Shown here one piece after another: positions 38,277-51,039 of a stretch of 64,000 bases of DNA. Position numbers and translations under genes: made by a program. The notes under the pieces are model-generated. The model was not told the origin of the DNA. It did no database searches and saw nothing but the letters and a program-made list of their open reading frames with translations. Origin of the DNA: Azolla caroliniana (taxonomy: Eukaryota; Plantae; Polypodiophyta); assembly GCA_043228905.1 (NCBI GenBank), contig JBHGNT010000008.1, forward strand, positions 12,834,001 to 12,898,000, in the 5' to 3' direction. The stretch's first letter is position 1. Each line of letters starts with the position of its first letter.

Positions 38277-38668
38277 TGTGAATGTTAATGTGCGGAAGCG
38301 TTAGACAGAACCGGCTTAGTCGGATAGCAACAAAAAATGAGATGAAGGTTTAATGGAAAAGCTTCAAACATAGAGGAGGCAGAGAGAGCAGAACATAAAA
38401 CTATATTAAAAAATTAACTCTAAAACTCTGTGCATACAACATGCTAAACAACACTATTTATACAAGTCCATAAAGGACTGACAGAAGTACTGACAGGTAC
38501 TTCAATGCTCACATGTGCGACTGACACTAACTACGAGACAATGATTACCTAGTAGTCTAGGCTACTACTAGGCTTTCGGTTCCCCGATCCGGCTAGTTGT
38601 TTCTGGATTCCGACTCGGCTTAGGCTTATTCAGCCGATCTGGATTCGGTTGAGCTTGCTCGCTCAACA
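38277..38668 (-). mobile_element. Solo LTR of the Copia-1 family
   Basis: Homologous to 9088-9539, with perfect TSD CTTGG. Confidence 0.92.
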
Positions 38669-39987
38669 CTTGGTTTACAACACCTCGACATGCCGAACTT
38701 GAGGGTGAGAAGTAGCGATAGAAAAAGGCGAAAGGGAGAGAAATGAAGTCCAAAAAGCCGGATCGGACGAGGAATTCAATTTTGGAACGACGGAAAAAGT
38801 CGAAACATCAAGAATGGTTGAAGAAGCCGAAGACACATCAGACAATAGGACTAAGTATAGACGAGCCAAATGCATGGGGAGTAGCCAAAAGAATATGAGC
38901 CGGAGGTGGAGCCAATTGAAGGAGGGGAGGGGGGGGTAGAGCCATGGAGAAGAAGGCCAAGACTTGGGTTGAGATAGCCAAGGGCCGAACTGAAGACGAA
39001 TTGGAGACAACCGATTCAGTTGAGAAGAGTGATTTGGATGAGTTGAATCACATGAAGGCCAAGCAGACAAGAAGGCCGCCGAAGCCGACACTGATATGAT
39101 GGAGCCGACACAACAAGGAAGTTGACAAAGGCCTTAAGAGCAGACATGCCGACTGTAGGGGGTCGCGGGTCGCAGGACCGGACTGGATGAGGAGCGTGAG
39201 CGAGGCGTAAAGACGCCAGGAGAAGTCGGAGGCTAGAACTGGTTGGAGTTGACACATCGGGACCTCAAGTTGAGCTTGAGGAGGAGTGTTAAGTGACAAG
39301 CTCAACATGGGGCGAATCAGCTGAAGAAGCCAAGAGCCGGATCAGACGAAGGCTGATCAACTAGGCCTGAATTAGTTGGCTGAGTCGGATGGAATCCGAC
39401 AGGCCGTTAGATAGACTAGATGCCTATTTTAGTAAATAGGCTTATTGTAGGCAATTTTGTGTCAGGCTCAGTTAATGAGCATTGAAGTATCTGCCAGTAC
39501 TTCATGTCCGCCCTATCAAATGGCTTGTATAAAAAGTGCTCTATGAGCACATTGTATGTACTGAGTACTAAGTATTATTTTGTAATAGAAGTTTTGTTGT
39601 ATGCTCACTTAGTCTCTCTCTCTCTCCACTAATGTGTGTATTCTTAACTGTCTATTATTTGTTGTCTGCTTGAGCCGACTGTGTCTGTGTTCGCACATAA
39701 CACTTCTGCATGTAATGTTTTACAAACCCCCCATACATGTACACATATACATACACATATAGACATAAATGTAGATACAGATACAGAAACAAATTAGATA
39801 GAGATAGAGATAGTGATACATATATAAATATACATATATATGCACACCACATTTTTGAATTGATGGATTTATGTATGTATGGAGATTCAACCCAAAAGTC
39901 GTATAGCGCACACACAAGACAAGGGGTGACTCGTGAGGGAGATGTGGAATGGAGGGAAAAATATGATTCACATGAATCAATTCAATT

Positions 39988-40032
39988 GATGATGGATGGA
40001 TGGATGGATGATCCATCCATCCATCCATCATC
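39988..40032. repeat. Perfect palindrome (22-bp arms, 1-nt spacer) upstream of the gene
   Basis: GATGATGGATGGATGGATGGAT-G-ATCCATCCATCCATCCATCATC. Confidence 0.95.
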
Positions 40033-40100
40033 CCCTCAAAAACATAATAACATTTTGACTCACTCCTCCTCCTCCTCCTCCTTCCTCCTTCCTTTTTCAA

Positions 40101-40114
40101 TTTGGCCCGCGAAT
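40101..40114. promoter_or_regulatory. Overlapping opposite-strand E2F-like sites
   Basis: TTTGGCCC (+) and ATTCGCGG (-) both fit the plant WTTSSCSS consensus. They lie ~140 bp upstream of the ATG of a replication gene, with a (CT)n tract downstream. Confidence 0.5.
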
Positions 40115-40152
40115 ACATACATACATACATAACATACGTACAACATACCCCT

Positions 40153-40189
<37 letters not shown>

Positions 40190-40249
40190 TCTAGAGAGAC
40201 TCGCACACTCTGACTGCCGCTGCCCTATTCTGGAATCACACACACTACC

Positions 40250-43200
40250 ATGACCATGGAGGTATCTGCTCTCTTTTTTCTTCCCAACAAGTTATGAAAA
40301 TTATTACGTGCCATTTTCACACGATTTCCTTATGCAGACGTACAACCCAACTTCTGGAGAGGCAGAGGCCGAACTAGGATCACTGGAATGTCCAGGTGAG
40401 AGAGAGGGAGAGAGAGTAGAAAGAGATATATTAGTATAGTCCATGGGAGACCTTATATCATATATGATACAGGGCCCCGTTCTTGTGAGAGTATCAAACT
40501 TGGATCTCAAATTTATGAATTTGACTATACATTCTATGGGAGACCTTATATGATCTATGATACGAGACCCTGTTCTTGAGAGATGATCAAGCTTGGCTCA
40601 CAAATTAATGAATTTGACTATACAGTAAAATGCTTTAAGTTTTTTATATGTATATGGGAGAGAATTTACGTTATCCATACTGAAACAAAAAATAAAAACT
40701 CTAGGTTTTCTAGAAATCCATGGTGATGATCTTAACATATGAGAGGGCTTTACAGTTGGTAATGATTCTTGAGAAGGTTTTGTAAGCATCAAGTGAATAA
40801 CTACTCTTTATGGGATTAATGGTGGTGAGGGGATATGCTAGCCAATATTGGTGAGTGCAGTGGAACAAAGTCATGGTGAAGTTGAGTGATTGCATCTGGG
40901 TTTCGTCGGCCAGATACGATTCTCAGAAAGGATTTGATCTCCACATTTTAAGAATGATCATGTATCTATTATTTATTTCCACATGAATCTCATCAGAATC
41001 TAAATTTATGTAGAGAAACATATAAATGTTTACTAGTCTTAGGTAATGGCAAAGTTTATGGAATGCCATATTTTGATATTTTTGCCTGACAAATATACAC
41101 TGCGACTCTGTTTTCTATGAGTCATGAAGGCCACCATCAAATTGGGTTTACAGAACAGGAATTATAAAAAGAAAGAAAAAATTTCATGTCTACAAATCAT
41201 GTGTTCATTTTAGCAGACTACTGTTTCATGCTAGGTAGGTGTTCTTTATTTTTTGGTTTCTGAAATAGAACCATGATGGTTAGTAGTGAATGTAGCTTCC
41301 TATTAGGAACCATGGTTGACATAACTTCTTCTACTTAATTTTCTGGGCAAGTTTTGTTTACATGCATGAAATAATAGTTCTGAGAAAATACTACAAATTT
41401 ATAAGAATATCTATTCTGGTTTTGATCCCTTTATAAATATTCCAACTGGAAAGTTAAAAAATTCAATCAGTATTTTCTTGAACGAGGGGAGCTTTTCCCC
41501 AAACACCGACAAGAAAGGCTATAATAAATGTCTCCTGTAAAGGTGTATTTTATCACATTATACCAAACAAACCTCACTTCAGGAGAAAACGGATTGAATT
41601 ACATGTGTTTGTTGCTGCTGTTAATATGTGTATTTGTGTTTATTGGCGTCCAGTAGTGAAAGTTGATAAAGCAGCTGAACCAGAGGCAACAAGTGTTGAT
41701 TATGAGATTGGCACAAAGCTCAATAAAAAGAGGGCAGTAAAAGTTGATAAGGCAGCTGAACCAAAGACACTAAGTGTTGATTATGAGCTTGACATGAAGC
41801 TTAACCAAAAAGGTACCTCTACGCGCTGATGCATTAAAAGCTTTTACACCATTTGCATGTATGATGAATTGAGAAAATACATATCTTTTGGTTTTCCTTC
41901 AGATTTTTTTCTCCCAGCTTCAAAGAAACGGAAGGTTCAAAAGAGAACAGAGGCAGTCGATACGATTCTCTCAGATTGCAAGGAGATGGGAAAGGGTAAT
42001 GCTCCAATCCCAAAAGTGAAGAAGCAGAAAGAAGAAAAACGGACACGATCAGGTAAAATAATTATGGTTTCCACTTAAAGAGCTCGTAGTATACCATAAA
42101 ATAAAATGACTTCAAACACCAGTGTCATGAAAAAGATCTCGCTTTACTGTATACTTCAAAATAAGCTGCTTTGGGCATTCACAGAAAATTTAATGCACTT
42201 TAATTCTCTTTTCATCTGAAAAATACATATAAGATCATATTTTTCTAAACGTTATTTTTTATTCATGAGAAAACCAATTTCCTTTTTTTTTTTTGCTGTG
42301 TTGGGTATAAAATTTTTAAGCAAGACTTTATTAAATGGTAGCAGAAATAGTATTGACATTGAATAGGAAAGTTATGGCTAGATCTGACAAGCCATTCAAC
42401 TTTTACAGTGACCAGTCCGTTAAAATTAGAAACAGGAGAAAATAGCTCTTTATTCCAGTTTGACCTCTGGATGGAAGCAAGGCTTGCAGCGAAGGTACAG
42501 AATATAACTATCCTTGTTCAAGTTTCTATAATTGCAGTAATATGTTTCCCTTACGGATAATACAGCACATGTCCAATTTCATCAGGAAAATGCACAGCTT
42601 TGTGGAGGAAAACCAACACATCCTTTCTTCTCCCAACACAAAGTTGCTCAACAAACTTTCGTATCTGCTAGTGTGAGTGCCAACCTTTCTACACAACAAA
42701 CATCATTGTTGGATGTTTGTGAATTGTTTCCATCCCCACCATTCCATATCACACAATTAGCAGAGGTAATGCTGTTTCTATATGGTTTGAGCCAAGCAAT
42801 GCTTTTTAGGAAATCTTATATGCTGACCAAATTTTCTTTTATGCAACTGTACAGGTTAAAGTCCGTTTAAAAGGTGATCAAAGTAGCTCTATAGGGATCT
42901 TAAAGAAGAAAAAGTTAGTTCAACCTTTATGCAAAAGAAATTCTATTGACTTAGATGCCATAGAACTAGTGAGACTTTTGAGACCGTGTTTAGGTGGGCT
43001 ATCTGTTTCCAGGAGGTAAGTTTATTTTCCTGACAAGTTAAATGCTGGAATATAACTTTTGATCATATGTTGATTTTCATTTTTTCTCATTTGTCTTACA
43101 TCCCAGGAAGGAGCAAAGACCATGCAGACCATCATTTGATAACATTCTTGATCCTCTTGTGACCTTTTTGAAGGCAAGCAGATCTTCTTCATCCTGTTAG

Positions 43201-46200
43201 ATAATTTCTATCTGCAGAAAGATGGTCATCTCACATGTTACGTTTTCTTTTGCGCCAATAGAATCATGAAAATAAAAGCAAAGATGAAGGAACAACAGAG
43301 GAATATGAAAAATGCTTCTCTTTTTCATACTTGGAGAATAGGTGATTTCCCTGTTCATATATTTTTTGTTTATTTATCATGTTTAAACTAGCTATGTTGG
43401 ATCTTTTTTGCCAAGCTTTTGTTTAGGCAATTATACATATTTTTAATATTATGAATTAAGATCCTAATGATGAAAAGATATAGCATAAGGGTGTCCATGA
43501 TAGAACTCTCTCTCCGTAGGAAATAAAAATCCCAGAGGTCTTTCTTAGTTTCAGCCATTAGATTCTTACTTTGTATTTAGATTCCATACAAACTTTGATA
43601 TTGTTTTTCTGATCCTGTAGAATCTCTGGGTCCTAAAGGACAATACCCTTTTGAGATGCGATTGAAACATTTACATCAACCTTCAATGATGTCTTTGATC
43701 TGGCTAAAGAAAATTACTCATGTATGTACATCAATTTTACATCATATGTTGACTGGATGAGTGTTCTAAGTTGATGTTTAGCTGGCTACATTCCTTTCTC
43801 AAGCTAGATCACGCATTTGCACTTACATAACGATCAAAGAAAAAGCTTATTTATACATAATACCACTCTTTTCTTGATTTTAACAGGCTGAACTCATTTT
43901 CATCTCATAATTCAAGTGAAAGTGTGGGTGACCCATCTGATAGAAGATGTTGTCACACAGATACGGCTAACTCTACCCAAAATCTATTATGGACAGATAT
44001 GTATCAACCACAATTACCAGAACAGGTGTACTTCTTGCATTCGATATATCTTCCCCTAATCATACTCTCAATCTAACCTTTGGCATTTGTAAAATCTCTT
44101 GCTGTATTGCAGGTATGTGGGAATAGAGAAATGGTTGGGACATTGGATATTTGGTTGCAAAGGTGGAAAGCGAGAAGTACTATGTCAGAGAGAGATATAC
44201 CTCATAAAAAGGTTTCCAATCAATACAATTGTTGTGAGGATCGTGGTTGGTTTGAGGATGACTCGGACTCTGGGAGTAACACAATAGGAGATGAGGCATT
44301 GCAAAATGTTATGTTTTTGGCTGGTCCTGTTGGGGTATAGTTTTGTGCAGTTTTCAAAGGCTCTCCTGTGTAATTAAATTGCTATTGTCTTACAGAGGAA
44401 TTTCTTTTTATATAGGAAGATTTTTCTTATACAGATTTACTTGGTTCTATACTATGTCTAGTAATATTCTCGGATTTTAAGTACACCTTCTATAATAACC
44501 AATAATTAGTGTAATTTACCTCTTGTAGTATGAACATGAGACCCTAGGGTGTGAATTAATATACTAAGAAATAATGGGTAACATGACTCAATAGATCAAT
44601 TGGCTCAAACATATGGTTTGAACTAGTTCCTAACAATTCTTAATATTCAATTTGAGGTGTTTGTCTACTACATTTCTACATTTTCACAACTATATGGCAT
44701 TCTAAATAAGCTTGTTTCTAGGCAATGGAATTCTTAGTGTGTGAAGATTTTAACTGTTCATCTGCTAGTGCAAATGTTTCTTTTGTTTATCCAATGTAGC
44801 CTCTATCTTAATAACGGGAGATGGGTGCAATGATGACAAGATAGATCAGTTTGAGTGCTAGAGAATCCATGAGCCAATGTTTCAGAGAGCTATAAATCAT
44901 TTTTGCACATCCAAGATCGTCACCAGAAAATCCGTGAGCCAAGTATAGTAGCAAAATTGAGCTTGGTGCAGTACAATGAGATTACACACTGAAGGATTAT
45001 GAAACTCTTAGTTCAATTGTTTTTCTTCTGGTTGCTTCATATGGCATATAGCATAGATGCCAGAAATGCCTGTGATTGGCATTTGGCCATGTAAAGAACT
45101 GATGATATTTGAAGAAAATTTATTAGTTTATTAGTTTGCAGGAAAATTGAGTTTCATAAATGATATTTGAAATTGAAATGAAAATTGAAATTGAAATTCA
45201 GACAAATAAATAATGTGATGCTGATGATGTCATGATCTTGGAATGGTCGCAGTGTGGAAAGACGACAGCCATCTACACCTGTGCAAAGGCTCATGGCTTT
45301 ACAGTTATTGAGGTTATTGCCCTTTCAATTACCTTGCATAACTTTTTGCTTCTGTTTTATGCTGAAGTAAAACATCTAACTGCAAATTGTTATTGGGTTC
45401 TATTTTATTAGTCTCTTGTTTATTCCATATGCATATTTACCTTGCATTATTGTCGATATTCTTATTTCCTGGCATTCTATGACCATTGTTATGATCCAAA
45501 GATGAGCTTTCTACACAGTAAAGTGTTGTAATTGTCTTCATGATGACCTAACTTAATACCCATTCCAAAACACAATGAACACTGGTTCCTGATTTTTGTT
45601 AAACACCCCTTTTATCAGTCATTGTAAAGAACTTTTGCCCCAAAATTAAACTTGCTTAATGCATCCATTTCAAATCAATCTGTTTTTTAACTCAGCCTTG
45701 AGATTACAAGATGAACGGCCATAAAATAATGAAGAAGACTTGACTGATGTATCCAAAGAAAGCTAATTTTTTCAAGGATGGACGGACAGGTTAATTGCTC
45801 TGATAATCGCAGTGGGATGCTTATCAAACAAAAATTCAGTGAATCCATGGAATCTCACCGTCTAGGAAAATGGTAAGTAGGTATATGGCCATGTTTGATG
45901 TTAATAGTGCGTTTTCTCGTTGTCAGGTTTGCAACTAAAACATTCTGGGGTGAAATTGAATCAACAGGTCAGCTGATATGGTGGAGTCAGAGACTGTGTT
46001 TAATTCCACAAAGGAAAACTTTTCTGCTGCGAAAGAAGTTTCCACAGAAACGTCCCATAAGAGTAGACCCAAAGAAGAAAAGAAGGTAAACAAAAAAGCC
46101 CACGCCAATCATGGAAGTATCCCTAAAACTAAAAAATCCATATCATCCAGAAATGTGGAAGTAATTTCTGAAGAGCAGCCAAACATATCTATAGAGAATG

Positions 46201-48440
46201 AGAAGTCTATGACCATCTTATTATTTGAAGATGTAAATATGGTTTTTGAAGATGACCGTGGATTTATGGCAGCTGTTGCTCAACTAGCTGCAACTGCGAA
46301 AAGACCTATAATCCTGACAAGCAATGGTAGGTTTCTGATGCTGTTGCTTGTTTCACTCATCTCATTGATTTAATGGGATCATATTTGTATTTTTCAGATA
46401 AAGAATTTGGCCTACCCTATAATCTAGGTGCCCAAGTGCTTGAATTCAAAAAACCTTCTACCAAGGAACTTGTGGTTCTAGCTTACTTGGTATATATATA
46501 TTTTGTCTAAAGATCTTATATCTGCTACATTTATGTGACATACTTTTGTCAGAGATGATGGAGTTTCTGGGTTGGGTTGTCTGATGCAGATATGTGCTGC
46601 AGAGGGTGTTACATGCACTCCAGAGTTCCTGCAGCAGATAGTCAAGGTGTGTCACCATGATGTCAGGGGATTGCTAAATTATCTTCAGTTTTGGTGTCAA
46701 GGGCGTCATTCTACTAGGTCTCTGGACATGAAAGATGAAGATGCTAGAATAACTCGAAAAATGCAGCTGAATATTGAGTTTCCAGAAGTTGATCCTGGAA
46801 CACTAGTAGCCCTTTTTGCATTGGAAGCTCAGCACAGGTTGTTGCCTGCGTATCTTCCCCTTAGCTTTCCCTGTGAGGTCACAGTATCAATTGCTTCCAG
46901 GTTGAGCGAAAGAGTGTCTCAAGTGGAGAGTGAATTTAACAGCATTGAACAAAAAAAGCTGGAGCAGAAATTTGTGAAGAAACGCCTCCTGAAGAAAACA
47001 AAAAAGTCCAGCGATATCAGCATTGAAAATTCGCAAGAGGGAGCTGATGCAATAGAGATTCTCACAGAGCAGGAATCTCAACTTTTAGAGACTCCAGTTA
47101 AGAATCTGAAAGAGGCTAAAACAGTAGCCAGGTCACCAATCTTGCGAGAAAGAGTTAAAAGAAAACTCACAATTGTAATGTCTGATTCAGAAGATGATAA
47201 AGATCATCACCAGGAAAATGTTCATCAAACATCCAGTTATCAGGATAATAATAAAAGTGATTGCTTTGATGTTCGCACCGATAAGTTATTAACCACTGTG
47301 ATTGTGGAGGCTGAACCATCGTATTCTCTGGAGGAACCTTTGGTGGGGTTCAAGAGTATGCTCAAGCAGGCTGACATTGCATGCTTAAATGAATCAATTA
47401 CTACCATGTGGTCTCAACTCAGAAAATCAAAAGAAGAGCATGGATTTCGTTTGAGTTCTGTATCCAAAGATTCCTTCCCCATCATATCATCTATGTATAA
47501 TTTATCAGAAAACCTGTCTGCTTGCGATATCATGTCATGTGCTCATAGTCGAAAATACATGGTATGTATAAGCTTGTCGTGGTTACTCAACTTGATTATT
47601 TCCTTATCATTCTCTTCTAGTTCTATTTGTTCCTTCTATGCCTTTTGGATTGATAAAATGGAATACTTGTATGCAGCATCAGGAAGGAAACATGTTCACA
47701 TCTTGTTCAAGAATACATGAACACGACTCCCTATTTCAGGGTATTGCAGAGCTTGCACATCATGCTCTCAGATTGTGTGTTCACGATTGCCGTGCAACAC
47801 CAAGTTGCGCCAAGGAGGCAAAGGGTTCAGATATACTGGAGGATGTAATGCTAATTTCAATGAATGATCCAAATGCATTGGGCAAAGTTGCCTCAGAGGG
47901 AGGAACCCTACTACATTTGCAAGGATTCCTACCGGAAGCTTCATCCTTTGACCAAGAATGGAAGAGGTTTCTCTTAAAGAAGTTATTATGTAAATTCAAC
48001 TTGTGTATTGTGAGCCAAAGTTTTGTGAACTATATTTTTCAGGTTGGAGAATAGGAGTTCTTTACTGCAGGATTTATGCAGTGAACTTCCACTGCGGGCA
48101 CAAAGGTCATTGAAAGGAGAAGGTTTTTTTGAGCGTACCAGCTTTCTTTCACGGATGGTGCAGTTAGATGAAGAACGTTCATCTTCTCTTGGAAATCGTC
48201 GAAGGTTATACAAACTACCAAATACAGATTAATGCTTATATATTGCTCATTCTGTTGTATAACAGTGGGCGTAGATATCTTCAAAGCATTGAAAATTTGT
48301 GCTAACTACCTTGTATATATGATTAATAATATAGGGGCCGAGGTTGCCAAAATTATTTCAGTACTCACCCGTGGAATCTATCAAAGAGGAGTGTCAGTGC
48401 CTTACATCAACTCGGCAGCTTTAGCAAGACATTGAACTGA
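40250..48440 (+). CDS. ATAD5: ATAD5/ELG1-like RFC1-family AAA+ ATPase (PCNA unloader large subunit), 19 exons, ~1154 aa
   Basis: Phase-consistent exons: 40250-40261, 40338-40395, 41654-41812, 41918-42052, 42367-42494, 42586-42765, 42855-43015, 43107-43173, 43262-43341, 43887-44025, 44113-44334, 45253-45312, 45790-45872, 45968-46326, 46398-46489, 46590-47561, 47677-47966, 48043-48204, 48335-48440. Motifs: DLWMEARLAAKENAQLCGGKPTHPFF, LLWTDMYQP, VCGN, Walker A GPVGCGKT, EVNCSDNRSG, ILLFEDV..FEDDRGF..AKRPIILTSN, DVRGLLNYLQFWCQ. The first two exons are the least certain. Confidence 0.9.
40443..40623 (+). repeat. ~93-bp imperfect tandem duplication in intron 2
   Basis: ATGGGAGACCTTATAT...AATTTGACTATAC at ~40443 and ~40536. 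Confidence 0.8.
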
Positions 48441-49643
48441 ATTTGAAATGGGGTTTCAGTGTAATGTGACTCTTTCGTGTTCACCACCGTCATCCAATGA
48501 GAATATAAATTGATATATTCTTGTGCGACACGAGTTTTTCTTTGGTAATGTGCAAAGTGACGGGCCTGTCAAAAAGCTGACTTAAATTGCTGAAGGAAAG
48601 CATCAAATGCCAGACTGTGACAGCAGGCAGCCTCAGCGATCCCATCATAAATAACCAAATGGACATACTTGAGGTTCCAAAAGGGCATTCCCTTGTTCAA
48701 ATTGTCTGCAGTGTGAGAAGAGGGTGCCGATCTACAACAAGGAGCATATGCATGCTTCATAATCTCCTTATAAATTCTTTGAGGGAAGAGAGATTTATTT
48801 GTATCTCTCCCTCTCACACATGGAAATCAACACATTCCCTTACTAATATAATTTATTTTGAGAATAACATTTCTGTCATCTCGTCAGCTGGCATTGCTAT
48901 ATTATTATTATGACTGACTGACTGCCTATCTAACATCATATGCTGGCATGTATTGGGAAGTGTACTTCTTACATACACATATGATAAATGCCATACAAAT
49001 TGAAGTTTATGTCAATTCAATGTGAAGCAATCGTGCATCCTGCTTTCTTATCCGTATATTAGCTCCCTAGGTTGGTGAAGTCACCCTGGGTAAAGAACTT
49101 CCATCTCTGAACCTTAGTTTTTCCATTGGTGGTCGTAAACTTAATTTGGCAAGAGTATATGCAATGAGAGTCCATCGTATACTGGAAAGTACCCCGATTC
49201 TTTTTGGTAAAGTACTCTTGCTTTCACACTTCTGTTTATTATTAACATTACCTCAATCACAAGTATATTTCTAGTGGTGTTTTGTACTGATTGGTATATC
49301 ATCTAAAATCAAATGAACTATTTCAAATCTCGTGGTCATTAAGTTGTCTAAACATAGAAAAAATCTATGGTATTTACTGTAATGCTATACATGCTAAAAC
49401 AAATAGATATATATAGTTCATGTTCACATCCATGTGTTATGGACCATGAACATGTTTGGCAAATGGATGCCCAAGTCAAATGCCATCCTACACATCTAGG
49501 ATTGAGACCAATGGAGGTTTCGACAACGTTAACTCAATTGCTTCCAAAACGAGCAGGGAAGGGTGTTAGCACTAGTGAATGGATAAGCAAACTCACAGAT
49601 AATCCTCGTCATCATCTGGAGTTTTTACATACACACACACACG

Positions 49644-49649
<6 letters not shown>

Positions 49650-49679
<30 letters not shown>

Positions 49680-49692
49680 TGTATGTATGTAT
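49650..49692 (+). repeat. (TATG)n microsatellite
   Basis: About ten TATG units. Confidence 0.9.
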
Positions 49693-49715
49693 TTACATAT
49701 TTGTCCCTAGCCGAT

Positions 49716-49956
49716 TGTAATGACCCTTTGCTGGATCAGCTCCCAGCCAATCATGGTTGGGTCTTAGCCAGCACATAGTTGAATAGCTGACTCTAAGCCA
49801 GACAACTGGCTCATAGCCGGCCCTTCGTACCTAGCCACCGGCTGGCTCTTTGTACTGAACCGGCTGTTAGCCAACCCCTTTGTACTTAGCTAGCACATAG
49901 TCGGCCCTTAGCCGAATCTACTCTTCTCCCATAAGGAGGGACAACTTACCACAACA
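49716..49956 (-). mobile_element. LTR fragment related to the 57831 Copia LTR
   Basis: Minus strand begins TGTTGTGGTAAGTTGTCCCTCCTT, similar to TGTTGTGTAAAGGCGTCCCTCCTT. Contains TAGCC/GGCT repeats. Confidence 0.6.
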
Positions 49957-50974
49957 CCTTTCACATGTGTCCAACAATGTTTTCCATAGGTTGTACGCTA
50001 TCAAACACAATTGCATTGTATAGTAGACTGATTCAAGCAGGTGCATCCGAATGGTGCCACAAACAATCCGATCCAATTTTGTCCACTCCTTTGGGTTATA
50101 TTCATCAGGAGCATTTTCATTCTCAATTGGATCAATTTGACCCTCCACGACTAGGTAATTGTACATTTGCTCCTTCCAAAAATTGAAGTTCGTGTCGTCG
50201 AACTTCTTGAGGCTCATCTATAATGAGTCGGATGTGGAGGCCATTTCTGATAGAAGTCGAATGGTCGAAAGTTCTGCTCAAAGAGGCTATGATTAGGGGA
50301 AGGGTACAACCGGTTGGTTTACTCGAAGTATGATCTCGCCGAATAGAACATGAATTGAGTTGACTGATTCAATGTTTTGCTCGGAGTTCAAAAAAAAAGT
50401 ATAGTTGATTGTTTACCTGAAGTGTGGCCTAGCCGAATTGAGCACAAACCTTGCCGAGTGCTTCTTCCTTTTGCGAGATTAGATTTGCAGATGCTGAGCA
50501 AAAGATCTCAATTAGACAAAAATCTTGTAGATCATATTCAAGATATTCAATAAGCCAATAGCCGAAACAAAAATGTTGGTGATGGAAACAAGTGATGCCC
50601 ATCAGTAGAATCGAACCTTTGGCTTTGATACCAACTATTGGAAACTAAGTCGTCAATAGAAAAGTAAAACACAACATTGTGTATCAAGACAACAAGTTGT
50701 TGGATACAAAACAAATTAACAAAGATGACAAAGACAAACTGAAAGAAGCAAGAAGATAGAGAGAGGGAAACTAAGAGGCACACAACAATAACTCTATTAT
50801 TCAAAATGCCAACATCAACAGAAATGGCGGCATCATCTTACAAACTAGGTTACAAGTTAGTTATATACTAACCAAACTAGGGCAACTGCCCTTTATGCTA
50901 ATTACAAATATGACCTAATCTAGTTTGTCCAATGGGATAATGTGAATACGCCCATTATATTCTTGTATTCAACA
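49957..50974 (-). mobile_element. Copia 5' remnant (LTR ~50636-50974, PBS, gag start)
   Basis: PBS TGGTATCAAAGCC at 50621-50633 (minus). Gag KFDDTNFNFWKEQM..WTKLDRIVCGTIRMHL. Confidence 0.78.
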
Positions 50975-51039
50975 TTATGACATTGTCATTATCTAGCATT
51001 GTTCCAAGTGCGAGTCTCGCGATGAATAGGTGGTCCACT

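Larger units (their letters stand above)
36558..39724 (+). mobile_element. Decayed, 5'-truncated Ty1/Copia 'Copia-4' (most of RT deleted, RNase H, 3' tail, PPT, 3' LTR 39287-39724)
   Basis: AYMAKVAERREPE, WSSKKQSTIALSSTEAEY, FHARTKHIEVHYHFVR. PPT GAGGAGGAG followed by TGTTAAGTGACAAGCTCAAC. Confidence 0.85.

Noticed and set aside
39655-40132. ORFs rich in Y/I/C/M upstream of the gene
   Set aside because: They are translations of microsatellite and low-complexity promoter sequence.
43520-43725. Possible extra ATAD5 exon in intron 9
   Set aside because: Every candidate AG acceptor tested gives an in-frame stop, while 43341 splices in phase directly to 43887.
48569-48913. Short ORFs on both strands just downstream of ATAD5
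   Set aside because: No recognisable motif or supported splice structure. Probably 3' UTR or intergenic, though an unrecognised small exon cannot be excluded.
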